DNA of 32,017 nt, from positions 1-32,017 of the forward strand of contig JAHPZE010000038.1 in NCBI GenBank assembly GCA_019058365.1, read 5' to 3'. Position numbers and translations under genes: made by a program. Origin of the DNA: Promethearchaeota archaeon (lineage in GTDB: Archaea > Asgardarchaeota > Lokiarchaeia > Sigyniarchaeales > SOKP01). The notes beneath the pieces are model-generated. The model was not told the DNA's origin and did not search any database. It was given only the letters and a program-made list of their open reading frames with translations. Position 1 is the first letter of the stretch; every line of letters starts with the position of its first letter. Positions 17,890 through 28,273 of the stretch are shown here, piece after piece.

Positions 17890-19983
17890 TTAAATAATAA
17901 TTGAAGGTTTTTCATACTTAGCTCGGCTTATTCCTGTAGATAAATCCTTTTCAACAACTATTTTAGAAGTAGATATATCTTGTGGTATTGTGGTATGAGT
18001 AATTAGAAAAATTTGAGAAAATGATTTAGATTTTATTAAATGCTTGAGAATTTGTTCTCTTCGAGTTTCATCCAAAGCTGCTAAAGGTTCATCTAATAGA
18101 AGAAAGTCAACTTTTGGATTTCTTCTTGGTGAATCTTTGGTGGGACGAATAGTACTCATTAATTCTGATATAGCGAGACGTAACGCAATTCCTAAAGCAG
18201 TACGATCTCCGCCTGAAAGGATCTCTGTGGATTCATATTCTCCATTATAATTATCTCTAATTCTAAGAGATAAACCTGTTTTTCTTGTTCCACTTAAATC
18301 AAGTAGTAAATCACTATATTGTCCAGAAGTAAAATCTTTTATATATTTATCAGTGGTTAACGCTATGTTTTTCACTAACCGTTTTACAACCATATATTCA
18401 GTTACAAATCTGCGGACAAATTCTTTTGCTTTATTAATATGATCTATATCAACTTCATATTCCCCGATTTTTTTTGCTAAATCTTTCATTTTTTGAATTT
18501 CATTTTGTAATTTTCCTATTCTTTCTTGATTATTTTGAAGTTTTATCTGTTTTTCCTTTAAATCATTTAGTAAAGCTTTTAGCTCTGTAGAGAATTTCTC
18601 CTTTTCAACTGACAATTTTTTGATCCCTTCAATACGTGAATCCTTAAATTTCGTTCCATTTTTTGAAAGGAAAATTTTTAACTCCATTTCAATTTTTCTT
18701 GATTCGGATTCATATTTTTCATAATTCTGAAAATCATCTTTAAGACCGTGATATATAGTTATGTTTCTTTTAATTTTATCTAATTTATTTTGAAGTGGTT
18801 TAATTTCCTTATCAAAATTAGTTAAAATTTTAGTGATGGAATCAATCTTTTCTTGATTTAAATTTATATCATTAGTGAATTTCATAATCATTTCATTATA
18901 ATGCTCTTTTGTTAACTCATTTTGGCAGGTCGGACATTGTGCAATTTCTTTCCCCTCTTTTCTTATCGTAAACTTTAAACTTTTTTCCATTTTATTCATA
19001 GATTTTTTTATGTCCTCTATTCTTCCCTTTGTTTTCCCTAAACCCTTAAATGTTGCCTCCCTTTTCTTGTCTAATTTATCTTTATTTCTTTGTAGTTTGA
19101 TTTTATTCTCTTCTAATGATCTTATTTTATTAACTATTGTATCTTGAGAATCAAAATCATCAAAATTTAGTTCAGTTTTCTTGATTTTTACTTTGAAATC
19201 ATTTTCATATGATAAGTATTTATCATATGCGATTTTCTTTTGATTATATAAATTTTCTAACTCTGATATTAATTCATTTGAAGGAAAATTCCTAATTTCT
19301 TGTTCAAAAATATCTTTTTTTTTCTCTTTTTCTGTAATAATATCTTTGCATTGATTATTTTCTTTTTCGATATGATTGATATCTTCTTTAATCCTCTCTA
19401 TAGGTACTCTTGATTTTTCAAGATTTTCTTTTTCATATTTTTTTCCTTTAGACTCATTATCTAAAAAAGAAATAGCATCATCAATAATATTCAAGCGAAA
19501 TAAATCAATTAGCATATCTCGTAACTCTGCTCCTTTTTTATTAGCCAATTCTTCTACCTCTCCTTGGCGAACGAAAACAGTACTCATTGCTTGTTCTGAT
19601 GAAATTTCAAAAAATTTTTCAACATTAAAACGTTTTACTTCCTGATAATTCGTCTTATTTTCTGGTAATTCAAATAATTTTGTTGTAATACTTCCTGTTC
19701 TACCCCATTTTCGAAAGATATAATACTTTTTCTTGTCAAGGGTGAAATACACATAGATCTCGGATTTTTGCGCGCCATAGGTTATAAATGAATCTGCGTT
19801 TCTTCCTTTAAAGATCCTCGGTCCAAAAAATGCAAAAAGAATTCCCTCCAAGATTGTTGATTTTCCATAAGAATTTTTTCCGCTTATAAGTATCAGTCCA
19901 TTGGGCAAATCTTCGCCCCCTTTTGGCAAATTTAATTGTTTATAACCCATGAAATTCTTAAAAGTAAGCTTAGTGAGCAACAT
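17890..19983 (-). CDS. rad50: Rad50 DNA double-strand break repair ATPase
   Basis: Walker A GKNSYGKST, Q-loop VRQGE, coiled coils around a CPTC zinc hook, signature LSGGD, Walker B LLLDEP and H-loop ITH. Confidence 0.92.
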   Translation of the reverse strand: MLLTKLTFKNFMGYKQLNLPKGGEDLPNGLILISGKNSYGKSTILEGILFAFFGPRIFKGRNADSFITYGAQKSEIYVYFTLDKKKYYIFRKWGRTGSITTKLFELPENKTNYQEVKRFNVEKFFEISSEQAMSTVFVRQGEVEELANKKGAELRDMLIDLFRLNIIDDAISFLDNESKGKKYEKENLEKSRVPIERIKEDINHIEKENNQCKDIITEKEKKKDIFEQEIRNFPSNELISELENLYNQKKIAYDKYLSYENDFKVKIKKTELNFDDFDSQDTIVNKIRSLEENKIKLQRNKDKLDKKREATFKGLGKTKGRIEDIKKSMNKMEKSLKFTIRKEGKEIAQCPTCQNELTKEHYNEMIMKFTNDINLNQEKIDSITKILTNFDKEIKPLQNKLDKIKRNITIYHGLKDDFQNYEKYESESRKIEMELKIFLSKNGTKFKDSRIEGIKKLSVEKEKFSTELKALLNDLKEKQIKLQNNQERIGKLQNEIQKMKDLAKKIGEYEVDIDHINKAKEFVRRFVTEYMVVKRLVKNIALTTDKYIKDFTSGQYSDLLLDLSGTRKTGLSLRIRDNYNGEYESTEILSGGDRTALGIALRLAISELMSTIRPTKDSPRRNPKVDFLLLDEPLAALDETRREQILKHLIKSKSFSQIFLITHTTIPQDISTSKIVVEKDLSTGISRAKYEKPSIII

Positions 19984-19990
19984 AGATAGG

Positions 19991-21298
19991 CTATACCTCT
20001 TTTTCTTTCTCCATTAGTCTTAGGGCTCTCTTTATCGCGTTCATCCCATAATCAGTTAACTTTTCAATATCATATTCTGTTTCATCTTCACTCAGTTTTT
20101 CTCTCACAAAAGTTTTAAATTCATCATCTGGCTTTTCAAGGATATAATCGAGAATTAATCCTGTACTTAGATCATCTTCAAGAGTTTCAGAAATATCCAA
20201 CACTTTCCAGATTAATTGCAATATGTTATGTTCATCAGGATGAGAAAATAAATTTCTTCGAATTTTAGCCATCATCTCATTAATTTGCCAATTCTTCTCA
20301 AATGTCATTTCACCTTTAATATTTAATTTTAACCTAGCAGATGTCTGATGATTGAAATTCCCTTCTCCCATAAACTTATTTATTTCATTTAAAATGTGGT
20401 TTTCTAGATCTGTAATGGAATATTTAGCTTTAGCATCAATATCTATAATTCCAAATGGTCTCTTTAGTAATTCATCCGTAGAGATTCTTTTCACTATTAA
20501 TTCTCTTGTACTTTCATTAATATCTACAATGAGATAACCTTGATTTTCATACCTTTCTTTGAAATTCAGAGGCAATAACCCTCCCGAATAGTAATGATTT
20601 TTCGATAATTGTTTAAATCCATGTTCATGCCCTAAAGCAACATAATCATAGTTAAAATCATCAGAATTAACTTTGCTGTGTAATGTATCATCGCTCGCAG
20701 AACCGTGAGCTACGGCAATATTAATGTATTCGTTATCCTTTGGTTGTTGGTTTTTTATCCAATTATTATAAGCAGATGTGTAAGTTTCAAAACTTTTAAA
20801 TTCGAAATATGGAAATAAATAGAATCTTACTTTCTTATCAGCGAATTCTAAGGATAATGGAATATTTGATTTAATGGCTCTTATTAGATCTCGCTCTTTA
20901 AAATAATATAGGTTTGGATATTGATCTTTATTAAGATGTGATTCTAAGGGAGTATATTCATATCCCCGAAAAACTCCATGATTTCCTTCAATATATATAA
21001 ATGGAATTTGATTTTTTGTATTATCAAAAAAAATTTGTAAACCTTGTATTAAAATTCTTCTTGCGGGTTCAGGAGGGGGATATGAACTATATTGAGAAGG
21101 ATGGTGAAAAATATCTCCACAGTGAACAAGAAAATCAATGTCTTTAATTTTAGAAATTTGTTCCATGACAGATAAAAAGCAATCATAAATTTCTTGTTCA
21201 TAAGGTTTTGAATAATTCTCTATTGCCCATTTATTAATTGTTCCTCTCCTTGCTTTATAACCAAGATGAGTATCTGCCATATGAATTAATTTTACCAT
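19991..21298 (-). CDS. mre11: Mre11 nuclease (calcineurin-like phosphoesterase)
   Basis: Contains ADTHLG, GDIFH, EGNHG, AHG and YVALGHEH; directly upstream of rad50. Confidence 0.9.
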   Translation of the reverse strand: MVKLIHMADTHLGYKARRGTINKWAIENYSKPYEQEIYDCFLSVMEQISKIKDIDFLVHCGDIFHHPSQYSSYPPPEPARRILIQGLQIFFDNTKNQIPFIYIEGNHGVFRGYEYTPLESHLNKDQYPNLYYFKERDLIRAIKSNIPLSLEFADKKVRFYLFPYFEFKSFETYTSAYNNWIKNQQPKDNEYINIAVAHGSASDDTLHSKVNSDDFNYDYVALGHEHGFKQLSKNHYYSGGLLPLNFKERYENQGYLIVDINESTRELIVKRISTDELLKRPFGIIDIDAKAKYSITDLENHILNEINKFMGEGNFNHQTSARLKLNIKGEMTFEKNWQINEMMAKIRRNLFSHPDEHNILQLIWKVLDISETLEDDLSTGLILDYILEKPDDEFKTFVREKLSEDETEYDIEKLTDYGMNAIKRALRLMEKEKEV

Positions 21299-21310
21299 TA
21301 TTTCACCTTT

Positions 21311-22525
21311 TTATACTCCTAATACTTTATGCCTCCATGATTCGGAATATTTTTTAGTTCTTTCATCATATTTTAATTCTTGGAACTTACTTTCTAATTT
21401 GTTATATTCAGAAACTAATAATGTACTTGCTTCGTGAGCTCCTTTTAAACATAAAGGATATCCTCTGGGGGAATAGGGCATTATATTCTGTAATATATAT
21501 TTTGCATCTTTTGTATCTAAGAAATCTGGTACGTCAAATCTTAGTGCTGCGCTATTTTCTTGAATTCTAGCGATATATGCCTTACTTTTAGTATACGCTG
21601 AAAGATCAGGCATTTCTACCAAGAAATTTTTTTCCTTCATAATTTCTGACCAAATTGGTAAAATAAAATTACCTTGAGCATCCCTTAATCTGCAAGTTTT
21701 AGAAATAGTATAATAATTTATATTATAAGATTCAACAAATTTAAAAAAGAATTTAGTAAAAGCTTGTGGTGGAAAAATATGATGCCGGAACATTTGAATA
21801 CCATCACCTAGGAATACAACGTTTTCAACTTTCCCCCAATTACTTTCCTCTTTAATTCTTATAAGTGATTTCAAAATCTCATCAGCGGTTCTTATTCTAT
21901 CAACTACATGCTTTATAGAAGGGTAATAAAATGCATGGTTATCTATAGCATTCTTTATTTTGTTACTAAAAGTAGTTTCATACCATTCTTCTAATTCATC
22001 AATAAAATTTTTCAGATCTCCAATATAGAAGAATTTTTTAATTGCTTTCACAAAGTTTTCAATAACAGTTTGGTAAATGATTAATTTATGTTCGTTATCT
22101 TCAATATAAGTAGTAATTGGTTTATACATTATTTTTTCAATATTATATTTTCCATCTGTAAGAGTAATTTGACCCTCTCCAAATTTAAATGATCCTAATA
22201 TAGCATAAGTTCCAGGTAATGTATTTGAACTCTCATCAAACCCAATAATTTTAAACGCCTTATCTACATAATCATTTAAATGCTTTTCAATTCTTATATG
22301 AGGCATTTTACTAAAGTGAGCCCCCATATTTCTAAGTTTTTCTTCAGCACTGCTAGTAGGATCAGGATCTTCTAACTCTTTTTTTTCTTCTTCTGTCCAT
22401 GTAATCTTATTAGACTTAATAAAATCCATAAATTCTTTAATGTCAGGATTAAGAGATTCTTCCGGTCGATTATTCATCGACTCTTCCAATGATATTAATT
22501 CAAAATCAAATGAAATTAAAATCAC
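21311..22525 (-). CDS. nurA: NurA 5'-3' nuclease (start may be ATG 22477)
   Basis: Contains IIGFDESS, FLGDG, ISKT and the NurA-typical C-terminal GYPLCLKGAHEAS; lies between herA and mre11. Confidence 0.82.
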   Translation of the reverse strand: MILISFDFELISLEESMNNRPEESLNPDIKEFMDFIKSNKITWTEEEKKELEDPDPTSSAEEKLRNMGAHFSKMPHIRIEKHLNDYVDKAFKIIGFDESSNTLPGTYAILGSFKFGEGQITLTDGKYNIEKIMYKPITTYIEDNEHKLIIYQTVIENFVKAIKKFFYIGDLKNFIDELEEWYETTFSNKIKNAIDNHAFYYPSIKHVVDRIRTADEILKSLIRIKEESNWGKVENVVFLGDGIQMFRHHIFPPQAFTKFFFKFVESYNINYYTISKTCRLRDAQGNFILPIWSEIMKEKNFLVEMPDLSAYTKSKAYIARIQENSAALRFDVPDFLDTKDAKYILQNIMPYSPRGYPLCLKGAHEASTLLVSEYNKLESKFQELKYDERTKKYSESWRHKVLGV

Positions 22526-22543
22526 CCAATATAATTATCAAAA

Positions 22544-24295
22544 TCAAGGAAGTCCTGTTGGAGGAGGACTTAGATTTATTTCTCTCATTTTTTTAGAAAA
22601 ATCCTCATAAAAGGATTTTGAAGTAGTTTCAAAATAATCATCATATAGAGGAATTTTAAGTTTTTGGAAGTTAGTGAGCCAAATTCCTGAGATTAATGCA
22701 ATTCCAACTGTACCAGTAAGAGATTCAAGATCACTTTGTTGAACTCCACCACCAATACTCCGTGCAGCTACTTGTTTTTCTTTGTCAGATCTCAATGGCA
22801 AATTAATTACAGTATTCATATTTGATAATATTGTGTCATCTATAGGGGAATATTGTTGGGATATTACTTCAAGAGCTAAATTAAACTTTCTTCCCTGACG
22901 AGAAATGTCTTTGAACACATTACTAAATCTCATCATTTCTGGTCTTAATATACTAGGTGCCTCTTCAATTGTAAATATAATTATTGGTAAATCAGTTGGG
23001 TCCTTAACTTCCTTTCCACTTTTAATATATAATTTATCAATTGAGTTTTCATAATTTTTATAGAAATTTTCAGGTAAAGTTTGTTTAAGTTTTGTTTTTA
23101 ATGTGTCAATATCCGTAGATGATTTTAAAGCTTTTCTAATGTCAAATAGGGTCCTGGCTAACACACTATTGAACAAAAACTGCTCTAAATCTGAGATCAT
23201 GGACACATTAAATATTATTATACCACCTTTTTCTAACTTTTTCACTATCTCTGGTAATTTGCTACTTGCGTTAGATCGAAACATCTCAGAATATTCTAAC
23301 CAAGTAAGTCTCCTTCTTACAGCCGCCATAGTTGGATCACTATGCCCTCCACGTAAGGGAGAATATCCTTCTGTTAAGAGATTCTCAATATATTCTTCAT
23401 GGTTCTCACTATATGCAGAATGAACCGCACCTACTTGTAAATCATTAAAAGTTCCTGTAGCGTATAAGTCAACCGGTTTTATTTCTTGATAATTTATAAT
23501 ACAAGGTTGAGCCATACTTTTTATTGGAGCCGGAGGTACTCCTTTATTAGGATAAAGATAAAACCAACTTCCAATAAGCTTTTTATTATAATCTGCAGCT
23601 TTACAAATATCATTAACTCCATATTTTATACATCCTAAAGCATATTCGTCATGCATATCAATCGCTAACATAGAGATCTTTGTTCCCTTTCCCTTTAAAA
23701 TAACATGTGCATTATGCTGCAGGAGGCCATCAAGAAAAACTTGGTTTAAATTCGATTTCCCAGTACCTGTTGCTCCGGCAATGAAAAAATGATACATTAG
23801 ATATTTATAGGGGAAATAGACATTTACATTGGCTTCAGATGCCAATGAACCCATATACACACCATCAGGAGTAAATATGGTCTCTAAATAGTGAGCTTTA
23901 TCATCTTGAATCTCAGAGATTTTCATTGAATGGGGTTTTAATACACCCTTCTCCATAATATCTTCAATAAGAAAGAAAATATTTGTAGTGAAATTTTTTA
24001 CTTTTTTAGACTTCTTATCTCTCTCCATGAGAATTATCGGGCGTCCTTGAATCACATATAGTAATTCAGTTTCAAGTTCTGCGGTAATATATTCTGTCAT
24101 TTTAACATTCTTTAACTTTTGCCGAGTCATTATATAGTCTTGAATAGTATATTCTTTTAGAATTTGGATTATTATTGTATAGTCTTTCTTTTCGGTTTTA
24201 TCTTCAGCCTCTAATTTAACAAACCCATGAAGATGTACATAATTCTCATAAAATATTTCAATAACGCTTTCTGTTGGATTTATTCTAATTATCAT
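22544..24295 (-). CDS. herA: HerA bipolar DNA helicase/translocase (FtsK-HerA ATPase)
   Basis: Walker A HFFIAGATGTGKSN, IDMHDEY, Walker B IEEA, arginine finger RQGRKF, ISQ. Confidence 0.9.
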   Translation of the reverse strand: MIIRINPTESVIEIFYENYVHLHGFVKLEAEDKTEKKDYTIIIQILKEYTIQDYIMTRQKLKNVKMTEYITAELETELLYVIQGRPIILMERDKKSKKVKNFTTNIFFLIEDIMEKGVLKPHSMKISEIQDDKAHYLETIFTPDGVYMGSLASEANVNVYFPYKYLMYHFFIAGATGTGKSNLNQVFLDGLLQHNAHVILKGKGTKISMLAIDMHDEYALGCIKYGVNDICKAADYNKKLIGSWFYLYPNKGVPPAPIKSMAQPCIINYQEIKPVDLYATGTFNDLQVGAVHSAYSENHEEYIENLLTEGYSPLRGGHSDPTMAAVRRRLTWLEYSEMFRSNASSKLPEIVKKLEKGGIIIFNVSMISDLEQFLFNSVLARTLFDIRKALKSSTDIDTLKTKLKQTLPENFYKNYENSIDKLYIKSGKEVKDPTDLPIIIFTIEEAPSILRPEMMRFSNVFKDISRQGRKFNLALEVISQQYSPIDDTILSNMNTVINLPLRSDKEKQVAARSIGGGVQQSDLESLTGTVGIALISGIWLTNFQKLKIPLYDDYFETTSKSFYEDFSKKMREINLSPPPTGLP

Positions 24296-24451
24296 TTTTA
24301 TCTTTAGTCCCTTCTCTTATTCATTAATATTATTATTTAATCTAAATAAATAAAAAATTGTATTAATCCAGACTTACAATTATTATTTAGTTTTTTGAAC
24401 ATATTATTTGTCGTTATAAATAAAATTCGAGGACCTAACAAGTTTAGTGGT

Positions 24452-26587
24452 CTATAAAAGATCTATTGCTGATTTGAAAAAATCTTTCTTATCAATTTGT
24501 CCTTTTCTTTTCTGAGATTTAAATTGAACTGAAGACTTCTTATAGACCTTTGGGCTTAATTCAGATATAAATTGTGATGTCCTTACCATTTGAGGGCCCC
24601 GGTATGTATTTTTAATGGAAGGAGAAATAAGATACAATTGATCCTTTGCTCTTGTTATTGCGACATAAAATACTCTACGTTCTTCTTCGAATGCCTCTTG
24701 ATCTCCTATAGTTCTGCTTGAAGGAAATGAATCTTCACATAACATAGGAATAAACACTACTCGCCACTCAAGTCCTTTAGCTCTATGAACCGTAGATAAT
24801 ATTAATGGATTCTCTTCCTCTGTTTGTTCGCCTGCATGAACCGTTTTAGATTCTAAATTAGATAGATTTAAGCTTAAATTTTCTAAGAATTTTCGGATAG
24901 TGTTAAAACTTTGGGCATAAATACTTAGTTGCTTTAAATCCTCTATACGATCTTGCCAATTATCATATTTTGACTTTAAATGATCCTCTAGAACTTCTAC
25001 TAAATCTTTAATGGCCTTTGATGGATTGTCATCAGGAGAAAAATCAATCAGTTTTTTTACATAAGAAATGAGGTTTTTTATTCCCTCCTTAGATATACGA
25101 GATCCTTTTAATTTCTCAACATAAAACATTTTATTGATCAAAGCATCAATTGGATGTTCTATATTAGATATTGCTTCAAATATTTTTGAACCAGAAGAAG
25201 TCCCTATCCCATGAATGATTGAAAATATTCTAGACCATGATACTTCGTCATAAGGGTTCTCAATTATTCTTAAATGAGCTAACAGATCTTTAATATGGGC
25301 TCTTTCAAAAAAAGCCACTCCTGCTCGAACTTCATAAGGTATGTTTTTTGCTTTTAATTCAAGTTCAATTCTTAGAGTATGAGAACCTGCCCTAACCAAA
25401 ATTGCCATTTCTTCTAAATTGTAATCATCTGAGCGTAACTTTAAAACCTGGTTAACAATAAATTTTGCTTGGTCAATATCATCGCCTAAATTTACTTGGT
25501 ATGGCAAAAGACCTTTGATACGCGTGGAGCGCATAGATTTTTTAAACTGTTTTTCATTATGCTGTATAGAGTTATTAGCTAAATTTAATATCTCAGGTAT
25601 ACTCCGGTAATTATAAGTTATTGTATATCTCTCGCAATTCTTATACTTTTTTTCAAAATTGAGGATATTTTGAAAGTTTGCACCTCTAAATGCATATATA
25701 CTTTGAGCATCATCTCCTACTGCAATAATATTTTGATCTGGATTCTGCTTTACTATTTTATATATGATTTCATCTTGAATATAGTTAGTATCTTGATATT
25801 CATCCACAAGAACATATTTTATATTCTTCGCAATTAGTTGAGCAACGGCTCTTTCATCTAATAACTGATTCCAATATATCAACAAATCGTCGAAATCAAC
25901 TAAATTAGCTTGAGCTTTCTTCTCTCGATAAATCTTAAAGACTTCTTCTAATTTTTTAATAACGTTTTCACTGTCAAATTGAGAATATTTCCAAAGAATA
26001 ACATCCCTAATTGATTTATTACAATTAATAGAAAATGATAAGATATCTTTTACTATTCTAGAAGTAGGAAATCTTTCTCCGATTTCTTGCACATTTGCTT
26101 TCTCTATTGAGAGTTTCATCAACGCTCGCGCGTCAGTTTCATCCATTATGATATAATTTGCTTTTAAACCTAGCATTTTAGCATATCTTCGAATAAAACG
26201 ATTCGCTATTGAATGAAAAGTTCCACCCCAAATTCCTTTTGGACGCTTTCCTAAAAGTGTTTCCACACGTTTGATCATTTCATTTGCAGCCTTATTAGTA
26301 AAAGTTACAAGCATGATTTCGTTTGGTCTTACTCCTGATAGTAATAGTTTTGCAACTGAATATGTAATTGTTCTTGTTTTGCCACTTCCAGCACCCGCTA
26401 TAACTAACATTGGTCCTCTAATGTTATTGATGATATTGAGCTGTTCCTCATTTAAATCTACTTTAAAATTGATTTCATTATATTCTTCTAAAACTTCTGC
26501 TACTTCTACTTCTAAAGATTCAGAATAATCCTCATCGTAAAACTCAAATGTGTATTCCTCTTCTGGGTTATCTTTCTTCTGATTCAA
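24452..26587 (-). CDS. uvrD: UvrD/PcrA-family SF1 DNA helicase
   Basis: Contains LNEEQ, AGAGSGKT, TFTNKAA, TFHS, VDEYQDTN, VGDDAQSIYAFRGA, NYRS, TVHRAKGLEW and EERRVFYVAITRA. Confidence 0.95.
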   Translation of the reverse strand: MNQKKDNPEEEYTFEFYDEDYSESLEVEVAEVLEEYNEINFKVDLNEEQLNIINNIRGPMLVIAGAGSGKTRTITYSVAKLLLSGVRPNEIMLVTFTNKAANEMIKRVETLLGKRPKGIWGGTFHSIANRFIRRYAKMLGLKANYIIMDETDARALMKLSIEKANVQEIGERFPTSRIVKDILSFSINCNKSIRDVILWKYSQFDSENVIKKLEEVFKIYREKKAQANLVDFDDLLIYWNQLLDERAVAQLIAKNIKYVLVDEYQDTNYIQDEIIYKIVKQNPDQNIIAVGDDAQSIYAFRGANFQNILNFEKKYKNCERYTITYNYRSIPEILNLANNSIQHNEKQFKKSMRSTRIKGLLPYQVNLGDDIDQAKFIVNQVLKLRSDDYNLEEMAILVRAGSHTLRIELELKAKNIPYEVRAGVAFFERAHIKDLLAHLRIIENPYDEVSWSRIFSIIHGIGTSSGSKIFEAISNIEHPIDALINKMFYVEKLKGSRISKEGIKNLISYVKKLIDFSPDDNPSKAIKDLVEVLEDHLKSKYDNWQDRIEDLKQLSIYAQSFNTIRKFLENLSLNLSNLESKTVHAGEQTEEENPLILSTVHRAKGLEWRVVFIPMLCEDSFPSSRTIGDQEAFEEERRVFYVAITRAKDQLYLISPSIKNTYRGPQMVRTSQFISELSPKVYKKSSVQFKSQKRKGQIDKKDFFKSAIDLL

Positions 26588-26602
26588 TTTTATATGCTTC
26601 TC

Positions 26603-27670
26603 TTATTTTAATTTTAACTTATTAAGTAAAGGTTTACTCCATTCTAATATATCAGGGAAATTTGCTTTTTGTTCTTCAATAAATTTTTCTCTATTAAAGG
26701 AAATAAATCTCTTTCCATCTCGTGTAATAATATTTGAAAATTTATATATTGGTTCATATGATAAGTCTTTTATATCAAAACTGTGTGCAAAATTTTCAAT
26801 AGAAACCGGTGAATTATCTACAATAAATTGTAATTCTTGTAAAGTTATAATATCAATAAATTCTAAATCCCTTGATTCTTTACCAACAATTTTCTCCCAG
26901 CAATCTTTATATAATTTAATAAATAACTCACGCCTTCTCTCAACTTCTTCAACTGAAATTTGTTTTGTAAGAATGATTTCAGAAATTCTAATTTTCCAAC
27001 CTTTAGGCAACCATTTAAGAGAGTAGGAATAATTTAAAGCCCACTTTTCATAAGGAGGATATTCATTGTTAGCTAAAAATACCAAACCAATTAAGCCAGA
27101 TATTGCGCTACTTATTAATTGATTAGCTGCCAGAGGATCCCCCCTATTAATCCATTGTAATATGACTAAATTTCCAATATACATACATTTGTTAAAATTT
27201 TCTGAGATGCATTGATATTTTTCTTGTGAAGTAAAAACATCTTTTTCATAAAATAAAGCTTTGATCTTTTTTTCCGAATCAAATAGTATTACGTTATAGG
27301 ATGCATCCCACTTTTTAATTAAATCCCAATTTTCTTTAATTTCATTTTCAAATGAAATAAACTCAACATCTATGTAATCACCCTTCCATAAAGCATCGTT
27401 CTGAGGAATAGGGCCAATACCCGTAATCCAATCATTATAAACCTCATTTTCTAGATAAACATTCAGATCAATTTCAGACAATTCGTCAGCATATCCTCTA
27501 CTTAGACCTCCGCAAAGTGTTATACCAATTACTCCCCCTTCTCTCGCGAGTTCATTTGCGATCTTTTTTGCTTTATCTAACATCTCATCATATTTTCCTT
27601 TTGAAGTAATCTTACCATACGGTCTATTTTTCCTATCTCTAATACCAATTATTTCCTTAAATAACTCCAT
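26603..27670 (-). CDS. Pol-beta-superfamily nucleotidyltransferase-domain protein (DUF4037-like)
   Basis: GGLSRGYADELSEIDL resembles the GS..D.D motif; helical C-terminal part with NNEYPPYEKW. Confidence 0.7.
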   Translation of the reverse strand: MELFKEIIGIRDRKNRPYGKITSKGKYDEMLDKAKKIANELAREGGVIGITLCGGLSRGYADELSEIDLNVYLENEVYNDWITGIGPIPQNDALWKGDYIDVEFISFENEIKENWDLIKKWDASYNVILFDSEKKIKALFYEKDVFTSQEKYQCISENFNKCMYIGNLVILQWINRGDPLAANQLISSAISGLIGLVFLANNEYPPYEKWALNYSYSLKWLPKGWKIRISEIILTKQISVEEVERRRELFIKLYKDCWEKIVGKESRDLEFIDIITLQELQFIVDNSPVSIENFAHSFDIKDLSYEPIYKFSNIITRDGKRFISFNREKFIEEQKANFPDILEWSKPLLNKLKLK

Positions 27671-27775
27671 AGTTATACAATTATATTTTAAATAAAAAGA
27701 TTAAATTAAATCTTTAAAATCGATACTTTCGATTAATATAAATATACTAATATTAATCAAAAATAAAAAATTAAC

Positions 27776-28069
27776 TTATAAAAGACCAACAATTATTTTA
27801 AACGCAGCAGTTTCATCTTTTTCATCTACGGAACTAATTGTAAATGTTCTGTCGTATTTATCTCTTATATGTAGTGCTGCTTGGGCTGAAATAAATTTCA
27901 TACGAGTATTTGTGTTTTTTCCTTCCCAAATCCAAACCTTTCGGTTATGCATATCTACAAACAATAAAATTTTATCTGAATCTAATAATTCAAATAATGG
28001 AACATTTTCATGAACTTCCAGTTCTTCAAAATCTTCTAACTCTTCTTTAAATTGATATATAAATATCAA
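27776..28069 (-). CDS. Single-domain gelsolin/villin-like protein
   Basis: 97 aa; LLDSDKILLFVD...VWIWEGKNT...VDEKDETAAF matches the gelsolin-repeat pattern (LxSxDxxxLD, xxxWxG, ExxExxxF). Confidence 0.75.
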   Translation of the reverse strand: MIFIYQFKEELEDFEELEVHENVPLFELLDSDKILLFVDMHNRKVWIWEGKNTNTRMKFISAQAALHIRDKYDRTFTISSVDEKDETAAFKIIVGLL

Positions 28070-28273
28070 AATTAATTCACTTGAATTTCTTCTTTATACT
28101 AAGATAATAATATTCTATCTTGTTGGTTTATAAATCTTTGATATATAGAAATCTATCTTTTTATAAATTCTATAAAATATAGAGAGTTTAATTTGAAACT
28201 CTCAAATATTACATAAAGAAAGTATAATTAAACGAAGCTGTTACTTAAACAATTTAAATTATAATTTGGATTC

